From contig NW_024704742.1 of assembly GCF_018977255.1 (NCBI RefSeq), positions 88,352,001 to 88,416,000 of the forward strand: DNA of 64,000 nucleotides. The letters are read 5' to 3'. Of the stretch, positions 1 to 13,579 are shown in pieces. Origin of the DNA: Callorhinchus milii (Eukaryota). Position 1 is the stretch's first letter. The number at the start of each line of letters is the position of its first letter. The notes under the pieces were generated by a model. That model made no database searches and had not been told where the DNA came from. It worked only from the letters and a program-made list of their open reading frames with translations. The translations under genes and the position numbers were made by a program.

Positions 1-664
1 CCAGGTCGATATCAATGGGGAGCCTAACCCAGCCTGATTGTTGTCCTTTAGTGATAGCTTCTCTATGGGTTTCAGCTATTGATACATGCAGCCCATGGCT
101 TTGTGAGGAGCTGGCTCCCCCATTGTAAATGTAGAGACATTAAGGCAGAGCAGCTGAGAATGCTGCAATTTTCTAGGTCAAATGTGAGGCAATTCGTAAA
201 ACATCCATAAATGGTTATGACATTATTAGTTCCTTACGCGAGCTGCAAAGTACCTAAAGGCCTATCCATGGCAGATACGACATAAGAAGAGATGTGATGA
301 CTGAGCAATCCAGCAATCTGATTAATCAATTTGAAACGGCAGTTCTATGTATTCCAAAGCTGATTATTTACATTTCAGGCTGATAGCTGAAACGGAGCAA
401 ATGAACTGATTGATCCGAAGAGTAAAGCATTTATACATGCCCACGGCTCGAATTCCAAACAGCACTAAAATCAATTGCTGTTAACAATGAATATTGAAGC
501 ACGTTCCATGTGCAGGGGGGGAGGTTTGGCGGGGGCGGCTAGAGTAAGTGGGAGGCTGAGAGCTGATTAAAGCTCAAGAGGCTCAAAATATCTCATGGTT
601 TTATCCTTAAGACCATTGTCTTACAAGCCTGCAAAATTGTGGATAATTCTTAAGTTCAGTCTAT

Positions 665-808
665 GGGATAGAACCTCCACCTGGGTACAGTGCACTGTAC
701 TTATGTAGCATTTCAGAGCACCCAGAATCTTTAATTTTGAAACTATTTTTCTGTAAGTAGCAGATGTTGTTGTTGTAAATCTAAGCCCAGGTGGAATTTC
801 TACCCCCT
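665..808. mobile_element. MITE-like element with terminal inverted repeats (GGG(G/A)TAGAA..TCCACCTGGG)
   Basis: gggatagaacctccacctgggt (from 665) pairs with gcccaggtggaatttctacccc (about 786-807). Related copies lie at about 3156-3312 (opposite strand) and 6485-6895 (split by a SINE). Confidence 0.65.
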
Positions 809-844
809 TCATTCGGAAGCTGTTTTTCTGCAGACCTAAAAATA

Positions 845-1133
845 CCCAAGGTCCTATCTGCCTGTTCAGGTTGATGTTAAAGATCCCATGGCACTATTCA
901 GAAAAGAGAAGGAAGTTTCTCCAGGTGGCCTGGCCAACAATCCCCCAAATAAAATCAGTCTCTCATTCCTTGGCTGTTTGTAGGACATTGCTGTGCACAC
1001 ATTGGCTGCCAGGTTTGCCCGCAAAACACACAATCACTGCACTTTATATTGTATCCCTTCAAGCATTTTGGGGTGTTCTCCCGATGGGAAATGCCAAATA
1101 GCAATTCTTACCAAATGTAAGAATTATTATTAT
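845..1133 (+). mobile_element. SINE family B (Deu-domain SINE, SacSINE1/AmnSINE1-like), 5'-truncated
   Basis: ctgcctgttcagg..gatgttaaagatcccatggcactattc...tgtttgt.ggacattgctgtgc..attggctgc, resembling the recalled Deu domain. Confidence 0.85.
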
Positions 1134-2414
1134 TAGAGCCGTATTGTCTTGATATTTAAGTTTGGCTGAATTGCGAAGAATTCTTAAATTCTGTCCATAT
1201 TTGGAAGATGTTTTCTTCTTAAGAATGTTGGAAAATCGGCTTCCAATTGAAGAGTGGATTGAACAGTTTTCCACCTTCCTGCGCGATTTGCGTGGGTTTT
1301 CCACTCTGCATTGTTCCACCGCCAGAGGTAAAGCCACTTTTGCTTCCAGCACTGTAAACCCAACATAGCTCCCCGATGCAGCATAAAGTACCCTGGAACT
1401 TTCATTATTACCATATGAAAAACCAGATGGCGTTTGCAACTTGCCTGCGCTCCATTAAATATTTTTTTTCGGGTGTGGAGAAAATTATGGCACAAATTAT
1501 ATTTTATAATTCTTCTAAAAGCAATTAGTTTGACTATTAGGAAGGGGACTTTTAAAATGAATTTCAGGAAAATATTGAATATTAGGGTGAGACTTCAAAA
1601 ATTATTTGATTTACGGTAACAGTGGGAAATCATATATGTTACTCTCAGAAATAAAATGCACAATAAAAAGAAGGGAAAAAACTTCCTGACTTGTTGTGGT
1701 AGACATCAGCAGTGGTGCATTAATGCTGAACTCAGTTAAAGGGGAAGCAACAGTCTTTACTTTTTTGTGCTTTTTATGTCGGTCTAAAATGTGTTTGTTC
1801 ACAACCCAGGCTTGTAAATATTGAATTCTAGTGACATGCATCACATCATCCTATGGGAACTCCACTCCAATCCGCCCGTCAGTCAGATGGACTTCCGATA
1901 AGTCAGCATTCCGCCTGTCCAGTTACCGACAGGATTTGGTATTAACAAATTTATAATTCCTGTGCAAATCCCGGCCATGACTTAGAAGCAGTGGGCAAGT
2001 CAACAAGTTTTACACATCATCCCAGATCATACAGTTACAATCAAAGCCGTAAACATCTCAGCTGATACAAAATAGCAAAATATTAAGGCTTCGCTCCAGG
2101 AAATGAAGGGAATTAATTATTTTGTGTTCAAAGGTTTTTGCTGGTTCAAGCTCAGACCCGGAAGAAAGCATTAACTAACAGTGAGCTTTCATCGACGTAA
2201 AATTCTAGGTTATTAATTGTCTTGATCTTTGACTCTACTTGGACAAAGTCCAGAAGATACTGTATTCAAATTGTATTCATCAATTAGTCCTGCACATAAG
2301 GGAGATGGTGTGCAGCATACACTGAGGGATAAGGGAATAGAGGGGTATGTTAGAGGAGATAAGGAAGGGTGGAGACTTATATGGAGTGTAAAAACTGGCA
2401 CAGGCTGGTAGGTA

Positions 2415-2820
2415 ACATCTCAGAGCGCTTCACAGAGATGGTGTCAGATACTGAGCAAGAGAGGACAAGGATTCGGAAGTGGGAAGTGACTGAAGAGGAA
2501 GATTTGGGCAGCATTTAAAAACAGACAGAGTTGGAGGGATAGAGGAAGGGAGTTTGAAAGAGTTCCATGTAATTCTATGGAACTGGTAATGAGAAAGTGT
2601 GTTCTGAGGTATATCTGTGGAGACTGTACTAGAATGCAGAGAGAAGCTGCAACAGAAATACTGGCAAACACTGAAAAAAGGCACCTTTTCGGGTTAATCA
2701 GTAGAGCATTAAATCTGCTGAATAAATCAGGGAACAAACTGCAGTTTTCCATTGTTAAAAGTGCAAGGCCAGAGTCCACCCATAGGATAAAGCTGCATAG
2801 AAGAAAGCACGATATGAGAA
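2415..2820 (-). mobile_element. Old L2-like LINE remnant
   Basis: acatctcagagcgcttcaca tail; the purine-rich body translates on the minus strand as TWNSFKLPSSIPPTLSVFK. Confidence 0.5.
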
Positions 2821-3317
2821 AGGTTCAATAGCCCTAGTTTGTGGGTTCTTAACAGACTGTGTACGTCTCACTGGATTGTGGAGTGTTCCCAAACTTTAAT
2901 GGGCTCTGGGTTTACAACAACAACAACTTGCATTTATATAGCACAGAGTAACTTCCCAGAGCACTTGTCAGTGGTGGAGCACAATGCTGAGCTGGGGGGA
3001 GAGTGGGGGAGGAACTCTGGGTTTATGGCATTTATTAATAGATTCCTTAATAAGGAATTTGTTATTGGAGAATTTCTGAAACGTGGAATGTGTGGAGAAT
3101 GCATTCAATTACTTTTTTTAAAGTAATTAAATAATTCATTCTTCTGCGAATTTGTGGGGTAAAATCCCACCTGGGTCTAGATTCATTCTATTAACTTCAC
3201 ATTTTCGAATGTCTGGTATTTGGAAAGTTGTTGAATCCAGTCACAGTTTTGAAGTCGGTTTTCTATAAACTGCTGAAAGAAACTTACAGAAAACAGGCCT
3301 CAAAATTAAATTGCTAG

Positions 3318-3694
3318 GTGAAGTCCTGTAGCTCAGTGGTTAGAGTACTAGCCTCACAAGCAAGAGACCTGGGTTTGATTCCTGGCAGGATGAAACGTTG
3401 GGCAAATTTCCTTACTCCACACGCCTCTGTTTACCTAGCAGTAAGTTGGAATCCAGTTGTTAGTCGATTGGCGGATCACGTTTCTGGGGATAATAATTCC
3501 TTCAAAAAAATAATAATAATGATTTGGTTACTCAATTCACGACTGTTTGTGGGACACTGCTGTGCGCAATTGGCTGCCGTGTTTCTCCCACAGTATACAG
3601 TCAATTCACTTTACAGTATACTCTGTGAAGCGCTTTGAGACATCTCAAAAACGTGATAAGGAGCTATATCAAATGCAATTATTATTATTATTAT
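3318..3694 (+). mobile_element. tRNA-derived SINE, family A, full length
   Basis: Head gtcctgtagctcagtggttagag..gggtttgattcc (Pol III A and B boxes), core ttgggcaa..ttccttactccacacgcctctgtttacctagcagtaag, shared 3' module, (TTA)n tail. Confidence 0.9.
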
Positions 3695-4269
3695 TTCATA
3701 AAGTGCCTTATCACATCAGGAGGACGCCTCAAAGCACTTCACAGGATTTACTGTAAAGTGAAATGGCTGTGTATTTTGTAAATGAGCGAGGCAGGCAATT
3801 TGCACATAAGAGTGTCCCATAAACAGCCATGAATTTAATGATCGATTATATCTGCAGGATTGTCTGCCAGAACACCAAGAGAACTTCCGTCATTCCCAAT
3901 AGATTTAGGATACTGATCTAGCCTCACATCCTGCGCTCTGTGCTATGAGCTATCTTTTTGTACCCAGTTATCCCTGTTACTCTGAAGCGTACAGTATACA
4001 CCGCCAACAAGAATGATTTACAAAGATAAACCAATGGCCAAGCTTGAAAAATCAGTTCAGTTACATTCTTTCAAACCTTTGTCTTGCATGCTTTCACGTG
4101 ATTAAGTGTTACTTTGAAAAGATTAGCTCACCCAATAACACCGCCTGAAGTAATGCAATGCTTTGCTGTGAAGCCATATCAGTGTGTACAGTTGATGCAA
4201 TAGGTAACTCCACTGGTTATTTACACAAGCGCAGAGCAATTACATTCTGTGTGATGCTTTCAGAAGAAA

Positions 4270-4690
4270 TACAACAACAACAACTTGCACTTACATAGTG
4301 CTTACATAGTGCCCTCCAGGCAGGGTAGCGTCTCAGAGTGCTTAACAGTGGCGGAGCCTGACTCCGAGCTGGGGGTAGTGGAGGGGGGTGGCTGTAAGCA
4401 CAGACGAACAGGAACATTTTCAGGCAGGACTTGAAAGAGGGGAGAGAGGCAGCAACGCGGAGGGATTGAGGGAGAGTGCTCCAGAGTTTCAGGGTTTAGT
4501 GGCTGAAAGCACGATCGCCAATGGTGGGGCGGAGGGTGCGAGGGACGAGCAGGAGGCCGGTGCCAGTCGAGCGGAGGCACCGGGTGGTGGATTGGGGAGT
4601 GAGGAGGCTGGAGAGATAGGGAGGTGCCAGAGAGTGAATGGATTTAAACACAAGAGTGAAGATCTTGAAGTCGATCCGTTCGGTGATCGA
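4270..4690 (-). mobile_element. L2-clade LINE 3' fragment (second tail subtype)
   Basis: The minus strand reads an L2-like C-terminus (LLCLNPFTLWHLPIS..; WRSCFQPLNPETLEHSPS). Tail is ..ctctgagacgctaccctgc..tgcaagttgttgttg. Confidence 0.8.
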
Positions 4691-5219
4691 CTGGCACGAA
4701 ATACTGATTCATGCCTCAAATAATCAAATCTGGCTGCCTGCCACTTCGATTTCAAAATAAGTCATAAAATAACTTTTGCCCCAAATTTATATAACAAAAT
4801 ATTGCAAACATTTTTACATCAGCTTTCATTTAAAGTATCATTTTGGCACTTTATAAAGGTATAATGGTTTTGCTTTTATTGCTGTGAATGTAATCGGAAC
4901 GCAATTCTTCATTTGTAGAGAACACAACACCCATCATCCTGATCTTCAAAGTGAGAAAACTATTATAAATAACAGTAAAGTATAACTGAGATTGTGTAAT
5001 AGAGGATTAACTGCATAATAATCATTGCTGAAACATGACAAGTTTCAAATCACTGTACCTTTTTTTATAAATATAAATTATTTGGTCAGAATTTCCTTAC
5101 CCCTAGTTCACAATGATGGGGAATAATTTCATGCTTGCTGGCTGTGTTGTGTATTTAAGCTGTGTGTTGTGCATGTATTGTGTGTAGGGTGTGCATGTGG
5201 CATGTGTTTTGTGTGTAGT

Positions 5220-5490
5220 GTCCGCCCTGCCCATCCCACCATTGGCATCAGGTTTTCTGCCCTCACCCTCTGGAACTCCATCCCCAAATCCCTCCATCTC
5301 GCCCTTTCCCTTGCCTTCTTCAAGACCCATCTCAAGACATTCCTCTTTGATCGTACTTCTGGATGCTCTCCCAATCCCCCTTGATTCCAACCCTAGTTCA
5401 GATACAAACACTTAACTACCCTTCTGATGCCTTGGGACGTCCTTCTGATGTGAAAGGCGCTATATAAATGTAATTTTGATGTTGGTGGTG
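5220..5490 (+). mobile_element. L2 LINE 3' end
   Basis: HPTIGIRFSALTLWNSIPKSLHLALSLAFFKTHLKTFLF, then gccttgggacgtccttctgatgtgaaaggcgctatataaatg. Confidence 0.85.
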
Positions 5491-6574
5491 TTAGAATTTA
5501 CATTCTAACAGTGGCATTGGTGTGTGTGTTGCATACATGTGTACACATGGGTACAGTTCAGTGAGGAGAGGATTGGGTCCTCAGTAATAATAATAATAAT
5601 CCTTGATTTGATATAGCGCCTTATCACGTCTTCGAGACGTCTCAAAGCGCTTCACAAAATATACTGTAAAGTGGCTGTATATTTTGTGGGCGAAATGTGG
5701 CAGTTAATTACGCTCAGCAGTGTGCCACAAACAGTCATGGATTGAAATAACCAATTTATTATTATTAATTCTGTGTTACCCCAGAACTGAATGAATAGAG
5801 TGCTGAATTTTACTCTCTGGGCTCAAACAGCATGAATGGTAACTTGGGTAATGTTAACTTGGAATTAGAACATGTGCTGAGGTTTGTGGTCCACCCTACT
5901 GAAAAATACTTATAAGTAAGATCAACAAAGGATACTTGACAAGCTAAATTGGGCAGGACTTATCATGTTCTCATCACATTTAAAAAGGAAATGGATCCTT
6001 GTCACTAAGTATTACATCTTGCTGTGGATTCACTGTTGTGAATTTCTCCTGTTCTCTGAAGGCAGTTCAGGCTGGGGCTTCAAAAACTATCATTCAGAAA
6101 CACACTGAACATCTGTGGTCTTCCAGAGGCTTTTCTCTGGAAAGTCTAGGCATTCGCCCACAAAAATACATTTACAATACTTTACAGTAAATCCTGTGAA
6201 ATGCTTTGAGACATCCTCCAAACATGAAAGGTGCTATATCAAATATAAGGATTATTATTTTTGTGGTTCACTGGAAGGCAAAGATATGTTAGATGCGGGC
6301 AACTATCAATTCAGATGTATAATGAATATCCCTGTGTACTGAAAGGATTTCTAATGCATGGATTTTCAAAGGATTTTCAAAAAAACAGTGCCTTTTAAGA
6401 CAAGCAGACACAATGTACTGGGAAGATATTGCACATCTGGGCATTCCATAACCTTGCTAAAACAAATGTGCTTTAATACATAAACTATTTTTCTGTATGT
6501 TTCTTTTAACAATTACCGAAAATCAATTTCAAAATTAGGTCTAAATTCAACAATTTGTCAAAATTCCTATTTAA

Positions 6575-6860
6575 ATAATAATAATCCTGCTATAAGGCAT
6601 TTAACATTGGTGGGATATTTCACAGGATTTTACAGTAAAGACTAGTGTCTTGTGTTTGTAGGCAAATGCAGCAGCCAAATTGCACACAGCCATGTCGTAC
6701 ATACAACTATGGAGTGAATGACTAATTTTATTTGGGATAATTATTTGGCCAGGACACCGTGAGAAACTTCCTTCTCTTTTTGAATAGTGCCACGGGATCT
6801 TTAACATTCACCTTAATAGGCAGACTGGGCCTCAGTTTAACATCTCATCCAAAGGACCAA
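6575..6860 (-). mobile_element. SINE family B, truncated
   Basis: Reverse complement of the Deu core and tail. Confidence 0.82.
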
Positions 6861-8445
6861 TACTGTAAGTCTAAAACCAAGTGGAATTTCTCGTTCGTTG
6901 AAGTTCACAAATATGAATCACATTAATAGATAAATGCTGGTACTGACTGGGCAATTTAAAATTAGAAAGACTGTGAAAGACTTAATTTTGGGAATCACTG
7001 AAGAGGTCATTAAATGTTGTCATTCACAAGATCACGCATTTGGTTTGGATGAAGAAGGCCCTTTGGCACACCTGATCTCATGTCTCCAGAACACCCATCC
7101 TCCTATCCTCCCATCATACCATCAAGGTGCTCACAGCAAAGTGTATGAAGTGTAAAAACTGGAACTCATGTAGTCTTAAGTTGACACTCCAATATAGTGC
7201 TGGAGATGTGCTGCATTTTTGGAGGAACTGTCCTTCGGATGAGAAGTTAAACTGAGGCTCCCATCTGACTATTCAGGTGTGCTAAAGATCCCATAGTACT
7301 CTCGAAAAGAGAGAAGAACGCATCCAGCACACTGGGGAGCAAGTCGATATGTTCAATACTATCTGGTCGCTAAATTAACACAACATCTTAATTAACACAT
7401 GAATGTTAATTGACACCTTGCAACATTGCAAACTTTACAAAAATATCATGGAAACATGATGAAAGCATGGGGAATGCTTTTCATTCTTAATGCGCTCACA
7501 CATCATCTGCTCCTGGTAGGGCATGACATATCCTAACTGCTCTGTGTGCGAAAACATTCTCCATTTGCTCGTTTACTAACTGTCTTAAATTGATGCACTC
7601 TAGTCACTTACTCGCCCACCAGTGGATAATTTCTTGCTATTGCCTCTATCAAAAACTCTTCATCATTTTAATGACCTCTATCAGGTCCCATGCGACTTCT
7701 TTGTTCCAACAGAAAAAGTCCCCGTTCCTCCAATCTCCACTCATCAGCCAAACCACTTATCCCCAATATTGTCCTAGTAAAGGCCCAGTATAACCGTAAT
7801 ACACTTGCGTTGAGAAACATGTACTGCATTGTGCTTTGGCGGAGTGGGAGAGTTTTCTAATATTTGCAGCTGCTCACCATACTATCACTACTTGGCATTC
7901 AGTCAATGATTCCCTCAATCACAGCAGGCCACCATTCCGTCCTCTGATAGGCAGTTTAGAAAATCTCAATAGCTTCTTTCTATTTACGTCTTAGTGACAT
8001 CCCTAAAACAGCTTTGCTGAAAACCACACAATGAATCTCTTTTCCGTTCCTCAGATCTACATTGACAGTACAATGTGCTTTCTGTCATTTCTGGCTATTA
8101 AAGCATGCGACTAACTCATTACAGGAAGAAAGTATCTATTGGCTTGCTCCTTGCTGTTGAGCTTTCCAATATCTCTCTTGCAAGTCTACTTTCAACAGAA
8201 ATACACACAGAGATGACAAGAAGTGCTAAACCCCCAAAGTCGTCCATAAACATACACTTTACAACATATTTTGTGAAGTGCTTCGAAATGTCTGAACGAC
8301 ATAATAATAATATAACAACAAAATTACATTTATAGAGCGCCTTTCATGTCGGGAGGACATCACAAAGCGTTGAACAGTCAGGTGTCGGGGCTCGAGCATG
8401 GGGTAGGGCTGGTGTAGGGGTGAAGGAAGGCAGAGAGGTGGGAGG

Positions 8446-8565
8446 GCGACCTGCCTGGAATTGAATCCAGGTGTCTCGCTTGCAAGGCGAGTGCTCTAAC
8501 CACTGAGCTACAGGACTCCAGACATGATAAGGCGCTATATCAAGTGCAAGGATTATTATTATTAT
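8446..8565. mobile_element. SINE family A with inverted head joined to a forward tail
   Basis: 8446-8520 is the tRNA head on the minus strand; 8521-8565 is the last 45 nt of the tail on the plus strand. Confidence 0.75.
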
Positions 8566-11167
8566 GAAAAGTGACTGGTGTTCCATTAGTGCCAATTGGA
8601 ATTTCACTCCTTCCCCCACTTCTTACCCTTTCCCTGCCTCCCTATCCTCCCTACCGTTTCCAGTCTCAAAACATTAAATGGTGTGGCACCTGAATGATAT
8701 TCACCATCTTTGTAGACAACAACACATCAAGTAATTTTCTATGAACAAAACTGTCACTCTTAAGAAGCTTGCAGACAAGTCCAAGGTTGGGAGAGAGATT
8801 ACTCTGAGGTGCTTCTCTTGCGAACACCTGCATAAAGCAAGTCATTTATATCACGTAACCCCCAAAAAAAGAACATCTGTCTGATTCCTCCTGCAAACAT
8901 ATGTAAATCACTTGAGGAGCTAATCCTTTTAAATCCTTTAATACGAAATGTCCGGGGTGACAGATTACAAGTACCCAGTGTGACCTCTGGAAATCTCTGA
9001 CACACTACACCTCCTGCACATCAAACCATTCCCTTCACTCTAGGCTTTAACAGCTCACCTCAATTGAATACATCCCACTGACTTTATTGTACACGCAATT
9101 ATTCTTCAAGCAATTACACTGAAAGGATTGGATATTATTGAAAATAATATATTTGTGCAACAACAACAACAACGATTTGAATTTATATGGTGCCTATCAC
9201 GCACAGTAAGGTCGCTGAACCGCTTTTAACCTCTATTATATATATATTTTTTAAATGAAGCGATGACACATAATAATAATCCTTATATCTGACATAGCAT
9301 CTTCACTTTGGGAGACAATATATTATTTCCAACATCTGAAATGCATCAGAGATATTGGGCGAACAGAATGTTTTTCAAGGCTAGTGGGCAGCGGCAGTTA
9401 TTTGAAGCGAAAATGTATGAGAAGGCAAAGTATTGTTTTGCAATAAATTGTGTCTAATTTTAGGATTTGGAGCTAATGGTTACTAATAACACCATTAAAA
9501 CTATAAATAAGTGAATCCATCATCAAAAAAGAAAGCTGTATGGGTGCCTGAAGGGAACAAACACCAATTGAATTCCTTTGCTTTGAAAAGAAACGCTGGG
9601 TAACACATGCCTAACTAATGTAAAACACTCCATAGAATCCTGAATGGTGACATGATATATTTTTCAGTTTGTATAATTCAAGCCGTATTGAGAAAGAGCA
9701 TGTTTGTCCCCTGCAGGCGCCCATCATGTGGTTTTCAAGGGTTTTTGCTTTTTTGGATAGATGCCAATTCATTGATCTCACTGAAAACGAAAGTACAGCA
9801 CTGTATTCCGATGCCATATTCACATTGGTTTTGAAAGAGACTTCCTGCAAGAGGCCAGTCCTTGCCCTGTCAATCACCCAGCACACACTGGTTGTACGCT
9901 CTTCTAGTAGTTTGCACAAAGGGGACTAACATCAAAGTGTAGCACCTGGTTTCTTTCTGCCCCTTTTGCTTTCATGAGTGAGTGTCAGGTGAGCTTCTGG
10001 GATTTTGATTAAAGACAGTGTCCACTGGATGAGACGTTAAACTGGGGTCCCACCGACAGTGAAGAAAGTGCAATCAAAGAGGTAGGTCTTGCGATGGACC
10101 TTGAATGAGGTGGGGGAGGGAGCAAGTCAGAGGTGGACAATAATAATTTGATCTTACTTTATCGTTGAGTCTAAAATAAGGCCAATAAAATCACATAGGA
10201 AGCAAGGCCAGTGTAGGGTTTATTTCAGTACTTTGCTCTATGTATGTTTTCCTCCAAATCGCAAAATAAAAACAAACTAAAAATAAACTAACTATAACAG
10301 TGTGTATGTGGAGGAGGGGAGGGATGGGGGAGAATTCCAATGAAGACATTCCAATCTCATTATAAACACACACGGTCAAGGACCAGAAACGTTACCAGTG
10401 GAATATATTTGGGGGACTTGCTTGTCTCACCAATTCCTGTGATATTTTGGGTGCACAGAAACTCAACTGCAGCATCAACAGGCAACTCAGAGATTTCCCA
10501 GTAGCCTAGTGCTTGATTCAGGAACCAAGGTTAAGCAAATGCTTGTTGATGCTGCATTTAAACTCCTCCTAGGCCAGCAGAGAATTCCAGCACGGTTCAC
10601 GTTGCCTCGGGGCCATACTTGTGCTGCCTGTTTGGTGGCGAATCTTTGCTGCATTAAGTTACATTCGTGACATGCTGTTCCTGCAATTAAATATTCAACT
10701 ACCACATTCCACCCAGTTTCACAGTCATCGCCTCTTTGTTTGATTAAACATTAATGGTACAAGTCTGGATTCTAATAAACGTGAAAGGGTGTGTTATAGC
10801 CCGATGCCAATGCCACATAACTTTATATTCTTTTTATAGTGCATTTGGGGGAGAAATGAGACAGGTTGTCTATACTGTGCCCACAAGCTGGACGGAGCCA
10901 GTTCTGTTCCAATTTTATCCAGAGACAGAAAATTATTTGAATCATGTGAGATCTGAATGGATTGAAAAGAGATGGAAGCTTTGCCCACTGCCCTGGCCAA
11001 CAGTTCCCCAGATAAAATTGGTCATTCACTTCATGGCTTGTATGTGGAATATTGTTGTGCGGAAATTGGTTATAAAATACACAGTCACTACACTTTAAAG
11101 TAAATCATGTAAAATGCTTTGAGATATTTCGATAGAACAATATCACTATATCAAATGCAAATTTTAT

Positions 11168-11552
11168 GATAATAATAATCCTTGCATTTAATATAGTGCC
11201 TTATCACGTTGTTGAGATATCTCAAACCACTTCACAGAATGTAGTGTAAAGTGAATTGCCTATATATTTTGTGGGCGAACTATGGCATCCAGTTGGACAG
11301 TGTACAACAAACAATCATGGATTGAGTGACCAAATTATTATCATTTTTATTCCCAGAAAACAATCCACCAATCGAGTAACAACCGGATTCTTATTTACCG
11401 CTAGGTAAACAGAAGTTTGTGAAGGAAACTTGCCTAAGGTTTCGGCTCACCCAGTAATTAAACCTGGGTCCTCTTGCTTGCAAGGTGACAAATAACCAAT
11501 ACATATAGGACCCCGTGATACAGTGCTCTAACCACTACGCTACAGGACTCCA
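11168..11552 (-). mobile_element. SINE family A
   Basis: Reverse complement of the 3318 copy, with a small insertion in the head. Confidence 0.85.
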
Positions 11553-13579
11553 ATATAATTATATAATTATAAATATATATATGGATACTTTAACTCATAG
11601 ATCAAGATATCGCTCAGGGTGAGTGCGCAAAATGGTTACCTTCATAACCAGTCACTATGCTTGACAGCAATGACATAAAATGTTTGATGTTATAGGGCTT
11701 TGAGATGTTTTAATGACACTTATAGGCAAACATGCATTCAAGATGTTTATAGGTGCTATAAAAAAGCAAGTTTCGTTTTGAGCACTTTCTCGTTAACCGC
11801 ACAATGTAGAGTTTAGAACAGGTTCAAAAATTATTTAGTTGCAAACTGAGTAAATGTTTATTGACGTATATACATATTGCAGTATGATCTTTTACATTTT
11901 GCCCCCATTACACTTTGCTCCCCAATCAAACTGGTGAATATGGTTATATTCTATATGGTTTATGGAATGTTTCTTGCCTGATACAATGGGCCAATTCATT
12001 AAACCTGGTATTTAAGCAGGGAAATTTGATTTCTTCATTGTTTGATCACAGGAAGTTTGTGTTGTGTGTAATACTATATTTCTCTTGTGCCTGAATCCAG
12101 CAATTATGTGAGGGTTTTTTTCTTAATACGTTTCTGACGTGCATCTAATTTATCTCAAAGTCACCATGTGGACTCTTGCAGGGATTTTGGTCAAGCAGCT
12201 TGACCTTGTGTTTTGATATTGAAAGAAGACATCTAAAATTCTGCATAATCTTCAATTTTAATACAGATCTGACATCAACCAATGGTGTCTAATCTTTTAT
12301 GTGCACATTTTCCTTACTTTGTATTTAAGAAGGTCTTACTTAAGGTTAAATCTATGAGAGATTTGGGACCATTGTGGTCTCTGCTCACATCTGATGGCAG
12401 GACTCCGAGCAGGACCTCACTGTACCAGGATTCACACAGTCTTGGCTCCATGTCGTATTCCTTCATGCTGAAACCCTGACCTTCAGATTCTCATGTGTGC
12501 ATCAATCTTGCAGTTAGACCTAAATCTGAGATTCTGTATATATGTTTCAACAGTTGGTGTTACCTCTTGTAACTTGTAACAAGAGACCTTATAATGCACA
12601 AACAAGTCCAGATGTGTCTCCGCTGTGATGCTTTGGAATGTCTGAGCGTGTTCCCCTCATCCCAGACCCAGATGTTCGAGGTGTCATGTGCTTTTCTACA
12701 AAGGACACCTATAGTATGAATGTGGCAAAAGAGGATTAGTGAGTGCACTGTAATTGCTTTACCTCCTTCTGTCCTGCATCAATTTACAAAATGCTCTCCC
12801 TGAAAGTAAACCCGTAGAACCACGCAGTAACACAAATTACCCAGCTTTCGGCTAAACTCAGCACCAATTTGCTATTCACTCAATAAGGAAAGTCAAGAAG
12901 CTCTGATGTGGGCAGCGGACACATTTATACTAGTGCAGTTGGAATACAATTTAATGAAGTGGTGCTTGTAGCACTTTGTTGGGGGAGAGCTTTATTCTGC
13001 ATGTAGTTGTGTTGTTCTCTGACATGGGAACGTTTGACTCAGACATTGAGTGCCCAAAGCCCTACCCGTGTTCCATTTTCCAGTGCTGTCAATCCTCACA
13101 TTAAGGAGAACAAATGTACCAAATTACTTAAAAATGAATTAACGCTGTGAGTCACAGTGTATCTGAGCAGAGGCATGTCACTGAATCATGAAAAAATGGG
13201 AATTATTTTTAGTTACTTTTACAGAGGCAATTGACAACTTTTCTTTGTCCTAAAAGCCCAAACCAAACCATATTTCTGTATATCACAGAATAAAGAGGAC
13301 AGAATTCCTGCAGAAATGTAAGTAGCAATTAAGTCAGTGACCACAGGCATTCCAGACTCTTTAATAATGTCTGACTGTGACGTCAGGAAGATTTGCATAG
13401 TCACTGGAGTTTAGGGTCAGGTAAATGTTTAGTAGAGTGGAATGTTAGGACTGCAAATACCTACTGGTCTGAGCCATGACAAGCATCCTCTGAGAATAGA
13501 AGCACATTGCAAAGGGTTTATATGCAGAATAAATCTGCCTTATCTCTACTTCCAACAACATGTCATAAGCTGGATATCA

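Noticed and set aside
9611..9929. Overlapping 60-100-aa ORFs in unique sequence
   Set aside because: No recognisable domain or convincing splice signals; more likely chance ORFs in non-coding sequence.
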